From assembly GCA_965220975.1 (NCBI GenBank), contig OZ244855.1:1139879-1203878 (forward strand): a stretch of DNA of 64,000 nucleotides, written 5' to 3'. Below the pieces are notes generated by a model. It saw only the letters and a list, made by a program, of their open reading frames with translations. It did no database searches and had not been told where the DNA came from. Shown piece after piece: positions 32,089 through 42,968 of this stretch. Each line of letters opens with the position of its first letter. Within the stretch, counting starts at the first letter, position 1. The translations under genes were made by a program, and so were the position numbers. Origin of the DNA: Candidatus Poriferihabitans sp. (GTDB lineage: Bacteria; Pseudomonadota; Gammaproteobacteria; Arenicellales; Poriferihabitantaceae).

Positions 32089-33444
32089 CTACTGGGCTGG
32101 GAACTGAATCGTCAGCAATGCGCCGCCCAAAGGACTTGATGAAATTTCCAGAGTGCCAGAATAGCGTTGTACAATTTCATTGACCAAAGACAAGCCGATT
32201 CCCTGTCCAGATGCCCGTTCATCTAACCGGACACCTCTTTTCAGAATGTCTTCACGATCTTTTGGATTGATGCCTGGACCATCGTCATGAATCTCAATGA
32301 CCACTCCATCGTGAACAGCATTTGATTTTTTAATGGATGACGTTCGACACAGGATCTCCCGATTGGTCCATTTGAAGGCGTTCTCGAGCACATTACCGAG
32401 CAATTCAAACAGGTCACCTTCATCACCGTAAAATTCAACTCGAGGTTCAAGTTCAAGCTTAATTTTCAGACCTCGATCTGCATGAATCTTGCAAAGGGAT
32501 TGATCCAGTCGACGCAGTATTTTTTCAACTTCGACTGCCTTGTGTATTACCGAAAATTCCGATGATGAAGCTCGTTTCAACTGATATTCAACAATGCTGT
32601 TCATGTCGGCAGTCAACTCTTCCAGTCTTTTGCGATCTGGCGATTCCTTGCTTCCAGACATGATGATGATCTCGGCCAGAGGTGTTTTTAGACTATGCGC
32701 AAGATCCGCTAATGCATTACGATAACGAGTCAGGTTTTTTCGCTCATTTTCAAGAAATAGATTAATGCGAGTGCTCAACTGAGCAATCTCGTCCGGATAT
32801 TGGCCCATAATTTTTTCCTGATGAGCATGCTCGATTTGATCGAGTTCACGGCTGACCTGACGCAATGGACTCAACCCCCAAAACAGGCTGACTACCTGTA
32901 CCAGCAGCAATACCAGTCCGGTTAGCCCAAGAGTTTTGAATAGCGTCCATCGAAAATCATAAATTCGCTCAACATGCACGCTCGCATCGTCAACCAGCAC
33001 CAAAGTAATATCCTGGCTGATTCCAAACCGAATCCATCCAACCGTCAAACTTGCAATAAAAGGACTATCAAGATCATTTCCGGATCGAAATACATCAACT
33101 TCCATACTCGTCTCTTTGGGAAGATATTTTGAAAGATTGGCTTCGGATGCAGACATTGATCTCCATATTTCGCGATTCCAGCTGTCCAAAATGAAAGCAA
33201 ACAGGCCCGAATCTTCACGAAACAGACGCGGTTCAGCAAATCGACTAATGTACATACCACGCCCTCTCGGGTTTTCCAGGGCAAACATCAGAGCATGGAG
33301 ATTAGCTTGCATCTCACCTGACACGGATGCAGACGAACTGGATATGAAATTTCGATCAAGTACCCAGAGTGTACCTCCCAAAATCAGCAACAAAATTAAC
33401 GCAAAGGCGCTCAGCAATCTGACTCTAAGAGATGTTTGTTTCAA
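32089..33444 (-). CDS. Sensor histidine kinase, PhoQ/CarS-like
   Basis: Two TM segments, HAMP, H-box LADLAHSLKTPL, NVLENAFKW, DDGPG, GQGIGL. Confidence 0.92.
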   Translation of the reverse strand: MKQTSLRVRLLSAFALILLLILGGTLWVLDRNFISSSSASVSGEMQANLHALMFALENPRGRGMYISRFAEPRLFREDSGLFAFILDSWNREIWRSMSASEANLSKYLPKETSMEVDVFRSGNDLDSPFIASLTVGWIRFGISQDITLVLVDDASVHVERIYDFRWTLFKTLGLTGLVLLLVQVVSLFWGLSPLRQVSRELDQIEHAHQEKIMGQYPDEIAQLSTRINLFLENERKNLTRYRNALADLAHSLKTPLAEIIIMSGSKESPDRKRLEELTADMNSIVEYQLKRASSSEFSVIHKAVEVEKILRRLDQSLCKIHADRGLKIKLELEPRVEFYGDEGDLFELLGNVLENAFKWTNREILCRTSSIKKSNAVHDGVVIEIHDDGPGINPKDREDILKRGVRLDERASGQGIGLSLVNEIVQRYSGTLEISSSPLGGALLTIQFPAQ

Positions 33445-33484
33445 CGAAGAAAGAGGGGCATCTAGCCCTTGCGGACTGCTTTAT

Positions 33485-34162
33485 TCAGGCCGGGTTCTGA
33501 ATAAGTTGATAGCCGCGACCTCGCAAGGTTCGAATAAACCGTTCGCGATTTTTAGGATCCAGCTTTGCCCGAAGTCTACCTACCAGCACTTCGATAACAT
33601 TACTGTCTGGATCATCATCTCCTCGGTAGAGCTGATCAGCAAATTCCATCTTGGTCATGACCTTGCCGATGTTCAACATCATGTGTTGCAAAAGAACAAA
33701 TTCATAAGCTGTCAAATCCATTTTTTTTCCTTCAACGAATACATCTTGCGTGATGGTATCCAGCACAATGGCTCCGTTGCTGAGAATTGAGCTACTATGA
33801 CCGGAAGCTCGTCGAACATGCGCATCAATGCGAGCCTTGAGTTCCTCAAAGTAAAACGGTTTGGTTAGATAGTCATCAGCACCAGATTCCAAGCCTTCAA
33901 CCTTTTGTCTCCAATGCGAACGTCCCGTGAGAATAAGTATCGGATAGGTTTTTCCGCTTGAGCGCAATTTCTGGATGAGTTCAATCCCGTTCAGTTTGGG
34001 AAGACCAAGATCAATAATTGCAAAATCTATCGCATATTCCATTCCAAAAAAAAGTCCTTCTTCCCCATCCGTGGCTGTATCTACCAGATAACCGCATTCT
34101 TCCAGCTTGGCAGTTAACTGCAAACCCAGGTCTTTCTCATCTTCGACAAGCAGAATTCTCAT
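33485..34162 (-). CDS. OmpR-family response regulator, PhoP/CarR-like
   Basis: MRILLVEDE, IDLGLP, GADDYLTKPF, DSNVIEVLVGRLR, TLRGRGY. Confidence 0.94.
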   Translation of the reverse strand: MRILLVEDEKDLGLQLTAKLEECGYLVDTATDGEEGLFFGMEYAIDFAIIDLGLPKLNGIELIQKLRSSGKTYPILILTGRSHWRQKVEGLESGADDYLTKPFYFEELKARIDAHVRRASGHSSSILSNGAIVLDTITQDVFVEGKKMDLTAYEFVLLQHMMLNIGKVMTKMEFADQLYRGDDDPDSNVIEVLVGRLRAKLDPKNRERFIRTLRGRGYQLIQNPA

Positions 34163-34503
34163 CGAGATAACTGTTTAAGATCAGGTTCCATCGGGTCAAC
34201 ATCGACAATGACCAGCTTGCCATCATATCTTTGTAGTTTGAACCGGTAATACCGAACTCCAGTATCATCGTCCTCCTTGTCGAAATACTGAAGTATGGTC
34301 CACTCCTCATATTGCTGGATATCCCGCACAACATCATGAATGCTGGTATGGGTTAAGGCCTGCGTCTGAGCATTCGATTGAGGTTGAACTTGCTGGGCAT
34401 TGACTCCTAAAACAGCTCCTAGTGTTAATACAAGAGCAAGCAGGAGAATGGCTCTTCTTTGAACACTGATACATCTAGCTAGAATGTCAGCAGGCAATTT
34501 CAT
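34159..34503 (-). CDS. Small exported protein, PepSY-like
   Basis: Signal peptide, YRFKLQRYDGKLVIVDVDP, translationally coupled to the response regulator. Confidence 0.65.
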   Translation of the reverse strand: MKLPADILARCISVQRRAILLLALVLTLGAVLGVNAQQVQPQSNAQTQALTHTSIHDVVRDIQQYEEWTILQYFDKEDDDTGVRYYRFKLQRYDGKLVIVDVDPMEPDLKQLSR

Positions 34504-34517
34504 CCTCCTGAATGTAC

Positions 34518-35063
34518 TTAATTAACCGGCAATACGCTGACACTTACCCTGATGGTCTGACCGGGCTGATTCTGGGTTAGTGCTGTGAATATCTGACCAT
34601 TGTATTCATAGGTAACGTTGTAGCCTTGAAGTCGTTGCTCTGTCGAGACATTATTCACGGTTCGACAGCGTTGCTCATAAACCGTACGACTGTTGGCTCT
34701 CTGGTTCTGCTTTTCTATGTCATGACCAATTGAACCCCCGAGAACTACACCTGCAAGTGTTGCAACATCCCTGCTTTTACCCGAACCAAACTCATTGCCA
34801 ACACTACCTCCAATGATTGCACCGAGGATAGCAGGGGTGCTTGAATATTCATCGGATTGGGCCTGAACCGGTTCCTGCCAACACTCCTGACTAGGGTTAC
34901 TAACTTGTATGGTTTGGAATACGGGTTCAGATCCGATAACACGAGCCTCCGCTATGATTGCTGAAGACTGCGCCATAACACCTGCAGACCAACAAGCGAA
35001 TACGATTGTCGCGAAGACCGCCTGCATGGCCTGCTTGAAATTTAATTGAATTGAGCTCATCAT
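34518..35063 (-). CDS. Glycine-zipper 2TM envelope protein (YcfJ-like)
   Basis: CWQE..., GAIIGGSVGNEFGSG...GVVLGGSIG, GYNVTYEYNG. Confidence 0.88.
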   Translation of the reverse strand: MMSSIQLNFKQAMQAVFATIVFACWSAGVMAQSSAIIAEARVIGSEPVFQTIQVSNPSQECWQEPVQAQSDEYSSTPAILGAIIGGSVGNEFGSGKSRDVATLAGVVLGGSIGHDIEKQNQRANSRTVYEQRCRTVNNVSTEQRLQGYNVTYEYNGQIFTALTQNQPGQTIRVSVSVLPVN

Positions 35064-35161
35064 GAAAACCGATACGAAATGAATTGGGCTAAAATCATAA
35101 TGCGGCTAGCATGAACATTGACTGAACCAACAACCATCGTATAGCTAGCCATTAAGTGACT

Positions 35162-35887
35162 TCAAGAATTTGGAGACTCGACTACCTCAATCAGTTCAAT
35201 CTCGAAAATTAGTACCTGGTTTGGACCGATTACGTTCTCAATTCCTGTTTCTCCATACGCCATTTCTGGCGGCAATGCGATTTTCCAAATATCTCCGGGA
35301 CGCATGATCTGTAGAACCTCAGTCCAGCCAGGTATAATTCCGGTTAATGAGAAACGTGCTGGAACATCCCGACTACGACTACTGTCAAATACTGTTCCAT
35401 CAATTAAGCTTCCCTCGTAATGAACAACCACTGTATCTTCTAGACTCGGAGAATTTCCTGTTGGATCTCCTGACTGAATGACCTGATACTGAATTCCGGA
35501 TTCTGTGACGATAACTCCGTCTTTCGTCTTGTTCTCGTCAAGATATGCGCGGCTTTTTTCAGCATTTTCTTGTGCTCGCTGCATGGTCTCCTCCTGAATT
35601 TGTTGCTGCACGGCAATCATTACGTCGGACATTTCTTGCTGGCTCATTACTGAGTCTTCCCCTTTTAGTGAAGCTGAGATAGCCTCGAGAAAGGAGGTCA
35701 TATCAAGATTTGGCACCGTCTCAATCTGGGTCAGAACACTCTGCCCTATCCGATATCCAATGACATAAGAGAATTTTTTATTATCATCATCATCCAGACT
35801 GGATTGGTCCTGGGATTGTACAGAAGAACATATCAATGCTGTTGCAATCGACACCGCAAGAATCGGAAATTTCTTGTAAAAATGCAT
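35162..35887 (-). CDS. FKBP-type peptidyl-prolyl isomerase (FkpA/Mip-like)
   Basis: SYVIG, TESGIQY, VHYEGSLIDGTVFDSS, IPGWTE, AYG, LIFEIEL. Start at ATG 35887 gives a signal peptide. Confidence 0.95.
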   Translation of the reverse strand: MHFYKKFPILAVSIATALICSSVQSQDQSSLDDDDNKKFSYVIGYRIGQSVLTQIETVPNLDMTSFLEAISASLKGEDSVMSQQEMSDVMIAVQQQIQEETMQRAQENAEKSRAYLDENKTKDGVIVTESGIQYQVIQSGDPTGNSPSLEDTVVVHYEGSLIDGTVFDSSRSRDVPARFSLTGIIPGWTEVLQIMRPGDIWKIALPPEMAYGETGIENVIGPNQVLIFEIELIEVVESPNS

Positions 35888-35936
35888 TTGGGTAAAACCT
35901 GGGAGAAAAATATGAATGTTTAAAGTATAACTCAAA

Positions 35937-35981
35937 CGGCCGAGTAGACGGGGCTTGGTAACAACCCCGTCTATTCGGCCG
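35937..35981. repeat. 17-bp-stem palindrome, REP-like
   Basis: CGGCCGAGTAGACGGGG-CTTGGTAACAA-CCCCGTCTATTCGGCCG. Confidence 0.75.
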
Positions 35982-36083
35982 CTAAAACAATTATCAGTCG
36001 CTCCAAAATTCCGATAAATTTATAGGGGTAAAAGCATCAATATACTGCTGTGCAAACCCATTCAACCAAGACTTCTTGTTCTA

Positions 36084-37181
36084 TCAAAGAGTATTTCGTG
36101 AATCGTATTTTATTTTTCTTGGTACGCGAGTGTTCAGCTTGCATACGACTTCATAGGTGTTTGTGCCAGCCCATGTTGCTACTTGATTGACCGAGGGCGA
36201 ATCTCCCCAAAGAACTGCCCAATCTCCAATTTCGACTTCTTTAATGTTGCTGACATCTACTGTCATCGAGTCCATGGATATCCTGCCTACAATGGGGGCT
36301 TTCTGATTCTGAATGACAACATAAGCCGATTCGTTCATCATTCGTAAATAACCATCTCCATAGCCGATTCCCAGATTTGCAATTCTCATTGGTTTGGATG
36401 CAGTGTAGGTTCTTCCATAGCCAACAGCATCGCCCTGATTCAGATTTTGGAACGAAATGACTCTTGCCTGCAGTTCCATAACCGGATTCAAACCACAAAT
36501 TTTGTTGTCCTGATCCAGAGGAGAAATTCCATATAGCATGATACCCGGACGGACCCATTCGAAATGTGAATCTTGCCAGCACATGATTCCAGCTGAATTG
36601 GCAAGACTTCTCTCTTTTTCAAGACCTGAGGTGACCTGATTAAACTTTCGGATCTGCTCATTGGTGAAGTTATCCTTCCAATCCTCGGCAATCGCAAAGT
36701 GTGACATCAGTCTGATAGTTGCAATATTCGGATTCACAGCAAGCATCCGAAAAGCCTGAGCAAATTCGTGGCGATCCAGACCGAGACGATTCATTCCACT
36801 ATTTAACTTCAGCCACACATCAACTGGACTACCCGAATAGTCCTGCAACCACTTAATCTGATGGAAGGAATGAATAACCGGATCTAGCCGGTTACTACTG
36901 CATTGCTGTAGTTGTGATGGGAAACATAAGCCGGACAGGACCATCAATGGCAACTCGCTATCGATGTCTCGCAAGGAAAGTCCTTCTTCAATGGTGGCTA
37001 CTGCAAATCCATCAACTCTAGGTTTTAAATCTTGAACAATGATTTCCATATCATGCCCGTATGCATTGGCCTTTACTACAGCGATAAGCCTGGATTTTGG
37101 CGCTAGCCTGCGAATGGCTTTTATGTTGTGCCTGAGAGCAGACAGATTAATCAGAGCACGATTTTTGCAGTCGGTACCCAC
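36084..37181 (-). CDS. alr: Alanine racemase
   Basis: AVVKANAYGH, GMNRLG, VRPGIMLYG, GYGDGY, GRISMD. Confidence 0.97.
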   Translation of the reverse strand: MGTDCKNRALINLSALRHNIKAIRRLAPKSRLIAVVKANAYGHDMEIIVQDLKPRVDGFAVATIEEGLSLRDIDSELPLMVLSGLCFPSQLQQCSSNRLDPVIHSFHQIKWLQDYSGSPVDVWLKLNSGMNRLGLDRHEFAQAFRMLAVNPNIATIRLMSHFAIAEDWKDNFTNEQIRKFNQVTSGLEKERSLANSAGIMCWQDSHFEWVRPGIMLYGISPLDQDNKICGLNPVMELQARVISFQNLNQGDAVGYGRTYTASKPMRIANLGIGYGDGYLRMMNESAYVVIQNQKAPIVGRISMDSMTVDVSNIKEVEIGDWAVLWGDSPSVNQVATWAGTNTYEVVCKLNTRVPRKIKYDSRNTL

Positions 37182-37230
37182 GTTCAGCAGACTCGGATGA
37201 ATTGATTCGATTGAGAATCAGGAAAGCGAA

Positions 37231-38613
37231 TCAGAAAGCTTCGTCAGGCACATAGTTCTGGAAACGGGTAAGACTTGATTGATATGTTAACCTGACCGAA
37301 TCGATAGGGCCATTTCGTTGTTTGCCGATGATAATCTCGCCCGTGCCTTTGTCATTTGAATCCGGATCATTAACCTCTTCCCTGTGAATGAACATGATGA
37401 CATCAGCATCCTGTTCAATCGCTCCTGATTCTCGCAAGTCGGAAAGTTTGGGACGCTTTTCAGTTCTTGTTTCAATTGATCTGTTCAGCTGTGATAAAAC
37501 CACGATCGGAACATCAAGCTCTTGCGCCAATAATTTTATATTACGAGTAATTCCAGAAATTTCAGTTGCTCGATTGTCCGTATTTTCGACACCGTGCATG
37601 AGTTGCAGGTAGTCGACAACAATCAAACCCAGCTTTCCATAAGTTGACTGCATCTTTCGACTTCTCGATCGCAATTCATTGACATTGAGACCACTTGACT
37701 CATCAACGACTATGGGCACTTGTTCAAGCGTCTGAATTGCCTGGTCGATCCTCGGCCAATCTGCATCATTCAGCCTGCCAGTTCGAATCCGATTCGAATC
37801 AACTGCACTTAACGATGACAATAATCGCATGGTCAATTGTTGACCCGACATCTCAAGACTGAATATGCCTACGGGTAGCTTTTGTTTCACACCTACGTAT
37901 TCAGCAATATTCAGGGCTAATGAAGTTTTGCCCATTGATGGACGTCCAGCGACAATAATCAAATCTCCCTTCTGTAAACCACTCGTTAATAAGTCAATAT
38001 GTTTAAAACCAGTGGGTACACCGGTAATGCCGGTTGCAGACTCCTGCAGTTCATTGATTCGGGTTATGACACCTTTCAACAAATTATCAACAGTTGTGAA
38101 TTCCTTTCGGCGGCTATCGTGACTTTCGGATATCTCCAAAATTAATTTTTCGGCAATATTCAGTATATCCTCTGTAGACTGGCCGTCTGGATTATACGCA
38201 TGCTCCAGAATCAGGTTTGAGCCATTGATCAGGGAACGCAGTATGGAGTGATTCCGAACAATATTGGCATATGTTAGCAAATTCGCGATTCCTGGCGTGT
38301 TCTCAGCCAATCTGGAAAGATAGGCTATCCCCCCCTGTTTTTGGAAACCTTCCTGGTCGGAAAGTTTTTCCGATACAGTCACGACATCCACCGGGTTGTC
38401 GGAATTGACCAGTTCGGTCATCGCCTTGAAAATAGTTTGATGATTTTTGTGATAAAAGTCGTCAGCCTGGACCACAGAATTGACATCATCCCATTTCTGG
38501 CTCTCCAACAAAAGACTGCCAAGCAATGATTCCTCGGCCTCAATTGAATTAGGAGGAACTTTTGCAGTTCGCTGTACTGGAGATTGGGGGATTAGATGGA
38601 CTTGTTCGCTCAC
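37231..38613 (-). CDS. dnaB: Replicative DNA helicase (no intein)
   Basis: PPNSIEAE, AGRPSMGKT, VDYLQLM, SQLNR, DLRESGAIEQDAD, KQRNGP. Confidence 0.99.
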   Translation of the reverse strand: MSEQVHLIPQSPVQRTAKVPPNSIEAEESLLGSLLLESQKWDDVNSVVQADDFYHKNHQTIFKAMTELVNSDNPVDVVTVSEKLSDQEGFQKQGGIAYLSRLAENTPGIANLLTYANIVRNHSILRSLINGSNLILEHAYNPDGQSTEDILNIAEKLILEISESHDSRRKEFTTVDNLLKGVITRINELQESATGITGVPTGFKHIDLLTSGLQKGDLIIVAGRPSMGKTSLALNIAEYVGVKQKLPVGIFSLEMSGQQLTMRLLSSLSAVDSNRIRTGRLNDADWPRIDQAIQTLEQVPIVVDESSGLNVNELRSRSRKMQSTYGKLGLIVVDYLQLMHGVENTDNRATEISGITRNIKLLAQELDVPIVVLSQLNRSIETRTEKRPKLSDLRESGAIEQDADVIMFIHREEVNDPDSNDKGTGEIIIGKQRNGPIDSVRLTYQSSLTRFQNYVPDEAF

Positions 38614-39165
38614 GATTCAGTTGGAAGTTTCGGTAGGGCAAAAGCATACCGAAATCTGCTCGACATGTCATCATTTTTCAGCACTCTTAATAAAAGAACT
38701 GGAAAATGATTTGGGTCTTTTTGAAAATCAGAGAGATGTCAGAATTTGTGAATGCTATCGGTTAACCAAACCGGGAACAATTTACAGATTTTGGATTATT
38801 AGTGGTACAGATCGAACGAGGGAAATTTGGATTGCTGATATCCATGTATCTATTCAGTGATCGAAAAAACAGGCATTCGCGCATTGAAAATTGGCTATGG
38901 ATACAAATGACTACCCGAATGTTGCGGAATGGGTCGAAAAAAAAGGCTGAAAAAAGGCTTATCGAAGAAATCGATACAGTGATTGGCAAATACTCGGTCA
39001 ACCCTGTAAAAGCCATGAGAAAGTGTTGTTTGCTTGGCGAAGATCGCATGTTCTTTTTTATGAAACCGCACATCCTCTTTGAGTTCAGCGTTTTCGTTCG
39101 ACCTCAGGGCTTCTCCGCCCGAATATCCGGCAGGTTTCGAGCTTTCTTGCCAAATGCCATTCCGA

Positions 39166-40152
39166 TCAGGTGAATCGGTTCCCCGCGGTCGAGATACTTG
39201 TCGGCATGCTTTTTGCACGAATTTGCCCGATCGCCTTGTCCAGTTCTTCTTTCGTCCTTTCTTCCATGTTTTCGCCGCCTTCCAGCATCTTGAACTCGAA
39301 CACGAACACCTGATTCTCATGCAGCAGCAGCACCATGTCCGAGCGGCCATGGCTGGTCATTTCCTCGACTGCCAGTTGCAGCCGTTGTACCAAGCACGAA
39401 TCCTGTCCCGACCCAGCCCCTCAAGCTCGGGAGCAAATACAGTATCCAGATCATGATCGGTATAGCCACAAATCGATGCCAGGGGAGGGTAGAGACTGAT
39501 GTCATCGAGATTGTTGAGACCCGAGGAAAAGCCGTCCTTGGAAAACATCGTGATGCCGGTCACGAACACGAAGCGGATGTGTTTTTGAGCACTCTTCAGG
39601 ATGCTGTAGATTTCTCTGGGGCTATCCCGGTTCGCTTTAGCCTTCTCGTCATCTTCCAGTACATCCAGCACCGGCTTGTCATGTTCATCGACCAGTACCA
39701 CTGCCTGTTGACCGGTCGCCTGGTGCAGGCGGGTCAGAATACTCCGAAGCGGTTAGGAGAATCTGTGACCGGAGGCAAGGATTCGAGATCGAACACCAAC
39801 ATGGTCTCGTGCAACTGGTCAAGCATGTTTTTCTCCAGGGACCCGGGCGTGCTGACTGTTCCATCCAGGGTCAGGCGAACCACCGGGTGCCTGACCGACC
39901 GTCCCAGTGCGGATGAATGTCCAGACCTCGAAACAGGGGCTCATTGCCCTCGAACAGTTCCTGCAAGGTATCGACCAGCAGACTCTTGCCGAAACGGCAC
40001 GGACGTGAGAGGAAGTAGAAATCACCCTCGTTGATCATTTGCCGGATCAGAGACGTCTTGTCAACATGGCAGCAACCGTCCTGTCGAAGGTCGGAAAATG
40101 ACTGGTAGCCAAGCGGTAGCGGATGGCGTTCTGTCAGATTTTGTTCACTCAT
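39166..40152 (-). pseudogene. AAA-ATPase-like / PD-(D/E)XK nuclease (DUF1703-type) gene, fragmented and internally deleted
   Basis: Fragments in several frames: LPLGYQSFSDLR...VDKT...FLSRPCRFGKSL; VLVDEHDKP...FVFVTGITMFSK...SGLNNLDDISL...ICGYT...WYNG; EEMTSHGRSDM...VFVFEFK...AIGQI. Confidence 0.88.
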
Positions 40153-40660
40153 GACGTGATCATCTTATCATGGTTGGGGAGAACGATTGCCTTTTCTTTG
40201 TCTCGTGACATTTTATTGATTTATCGATGTTCTGGCTAAAGACACTCCTCGTAGAAACACTGTTTCCTGAGCTCCCACTGACACCAGAAGTCCTTCTATT
40301 CCAAATGGTTTTTTGAACAACCATTCCGCAATTTTGGTCTCGACTCAACCTTGAACGGTCATGCATCAAGTCCATTAGAAATCCAAGTATTTCATGGCAA
40401 GCAGAGCGATTGAAATGCCAATATCAAATGTCTCTGCTAGGAATGGCCGAATTCTTACAGGGATTGTTCCTGTCCTCCAAGACAAGCTCTCTTAATCTCG
40501 GAAATTCTCGTTCAACCAACAAAAAACCACGGAAGGGAAGAGAGATAAAACCAGGATATACAGGATTATATAAAGAGGATCCAGCCCAGCTCAGCGCTCT
40601 GCATAATTCCAGATTTCGGATTTGCCCATTTGGCAATGCATCTCCTGGTAATTTGGAAAG

Positions 40661-41203
40661 TCAATTTCCTGAGACTTCCGAGTCTAATTCATTAGCTGCC
40701 TCTTCATTGATGCTAGGCTCCACATCCTGTCCTTCGATATTTGCGAGATGAGATTCTTCACTCTCTTCTTCTGCAACAATTACATTAACTGAAAACACAA
40801 CCTCCGGATGAAAGCTGACTTCGACATCATAATTACCAATTTCCTTGATGTGGCCGATGTTCTGGACTTCGGATTTATCGACAGCCGCACCCAAAGCAGA
40901 TAAGCCCTCTGCGATATCAGCTGGCGTTACAGATCCATAAAGATGACCGGTTTCGGTGCATAAACGTCTGACGGTTATTTCTTTGGCAACCTTTTCAGCC
41001 CGCATCCTGAAATCCTCAATAATCTGGCTCCGCTGCTTCGCATACTCCATGCGTAATTCTTCGGCCTTTTTCAGGCCGTCTTCATTGGCGCGCATAGCTT
41101 TCTGTTGCGGGATCAAGAAGTTTCTGGCGTAGCCGTTTCGGACATCCACTACATCGCCTATTTCGCCAAGTTTCTGAACAGTTTCTAACAATACCAGTTT
41201 CAT
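40661..41203 (-). CDS. rplI: 50S ribosomal protein L9 with acidic tail
   Basis: MKLVLLETVQKLGEIGDVVDVRNGYARNFLIP, LYGSVT. Confidence 0.98.
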   Translation of the reverse strand: MKLVLLETVQKLGEIGDVVDVRNGYARNFLIPQQKAMRANEDGLKKAEELRMEYAKQRSQIIEDFRMRAEKVAKEITVRRLCTETGHLYGSVTPADIAEGLSALGAAVDKSEVQNIGHIKEIGNYDVEVSFHPEVVFSVNVIVAEEESEESHLANIEGQDVEPSINEEAANELDSEVSGN

Positions 41204-41211
41204 GAGACTGC

Positions 41212-41442
41212 CTAGCTTTTGTGCTGATCGGTATAGGGGAGTAAAGCAAGATAACGAGCTCTTTTCACTGCCATACTTAATTGTCGTTGAAATCGAGTTT
41301 TTGTCCCAGTACTGCGCTTTGGCAGAATTTTGCCGGTTTCACTAATATTTTGCTTGAGCAAATCCAGGTCCTTATAGTCAATCGATTCTATGCCTGCCGC
41401 AGTAAATCGACAGAATTTCGGGCGTTTGTAATGCCTGTTCAT
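41212..41442 (-). CDS. rpsR: 30S ribosomal protein S18
   Basis: [27 protein letters not shown]. Confidence 0.98.
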   Translation of the reverse strand: MNRHYKRPKFCRFTAAGIESIDYKDLDLLKQNISETGKILPKRSTGTKTRFQRQLSMAVKRARYLALLPYTDQHKS

Positions 41443-42134
41443 TTTGCCTCCTTCTTTTCACTCTTTTCTGGTACTTCTGAAGTAGCAGATTCAGGCTTCT
41501 GCTCTTCATCTGATGATTGTTCTGCCGCATCCGGAGTATCATCCACTCCAAGCTTGCTATCTTCATTCGCTGCTTTTTCGGCAACTTCATCGACGCTTTC
41601 CTGTACGGCTGGTTGTTCGTTTTCAGCATCAGCATCTTCATTTGCTTCGGGGGCGGTTTCTACAACCTCTTCGTTCGCTATCTCTCCATCCTTCTGATCT
41701 TCCGTTTCTTGGTCTTGACTGTCATCCGATTCTTGAGATTCATCATTATTCTGATTCGCTAAATCTTCTCGCATTTTTCTCTCACGAGCTAGTTGTTCAG
41801 CTTCATCTTCTTGAATTTTTGCTGTAAGAATTGCAGACTGTTCAACAATGGCCGTTTTTCGCCGGATGACCAGATGACGCATAATCGAATCATTAAATCG
41901 GAAATGCGCTTCAATCTCCTGAAGCGTAGACAGGTCACACTCTACATTCATAAGCACATAATGCGCTTTATGCAAATCATTGATCATGTAAGCCATGATT
42001 CTTCGTCCCCAATCTTCTTCACGATGCACTTGACCGCCATTGGACGTGACCATTTTTCGGTATCTCTCCACCATGCCAGATACCTGTTCACTCTGGTCCG
42101 GATGTACCAGAAATACTATTTCATAATGTCTCAT
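41439..42134 (-). CDS. rpsF: 30S ribosomal protein S6 with long acidic C-terminal extension
   Basis: [39 protein letters not shown]. Confidence 0.98.
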   Translation of the reverse strand: MRHYEIVFLVHPDQSEQVSGMVERYRKMVTSNGGQVHREEDWGRRIMAYMINDLHKAHYVLMNVECDLSTLQEIEAHFRFNDSIMRHLVIRRKTAIVEQSAILTAKIQEDEAEQLARERKMREDLANQNNDESQESDDSQDQETEDQKDGEIANEEVVETAPEANEDADAENEQPAVQESVDEVAEKAANEDSKLGVDDTPDAAEQSSDEEQKPESATSEVPEKSEKKEAK

Positions 42135-42968
42135 TGATGTCTCCTCTCGGATTTCATTCTCCTGATATTTGCAAATCGAGCAAAACAGTAAGAAAAGGAG
42201 TGTTGATTAGCAGATTGCGTATTATAAGGGTAGCAATGATCAGATTCAATCTCAATTGGCCCTAATTGAGATTTTTTCGTTGAAGCAAATTGCCTTGATG
42301 CCAAGGTTGCGAACTGGAATCATGCTGAGCAAAACATAATCAAAACACCATTAAACAAAGTCAGTCCGTCATGACTCGGCATTTGGAATCAACCCGTCAT
42401 TGGCAATTTATGTTAAGAATCCGACTTAAATAAATAATTTAAAAAAACATTCTGTCCAGGACTGCTTGAAATTTTCCTCACATCTGACCAGTCCTCTATT
42501 GTTTCAACATTTCGGATATTTCAAAATAAGAAACCGCTTGAACTTTGGCTTTTCGAGTGTTTTTTGCTTAATGTCCACTGGAACAAAGCACTTCTGTTCG
42601 CAGGCGATCTCCATGAAAGATTCTTGATAAGTCTTCTGTAGCGAATACCAAGCGGCAGCTATTGTTCTGTTCTGGCAGTTGAGCCCGATAAACAGAGTAG
42701 ACTTTCCTGCGTCAAATTCCATGACCTGGAGTTATTCAAACTTCCATGAATGATATTGTCGACCAATGAACCACCCGGTCCAGGTGAGACGCATAACTTG
42801 CTGCAACACACGAGAATCTGCGATGGAATTCAAGCGATTTGCAGGGCGATGTCTGCGGTACATTTTTAATCTCGGCCGGATTGGGAATCACCAATACCTG
42901 GACTGGAGTTGTTTTCAGAATATGGACCTGTAATGCTACCCTCTATTCGTCATTTGTGTCAGGCATCC

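Noticed and set aside
32089-35063. Novel signalling module
   Set aside because: Glycine-zipper/PepSY + PhoP-like + PhoQ-like gene strings are common in proteobacteria.
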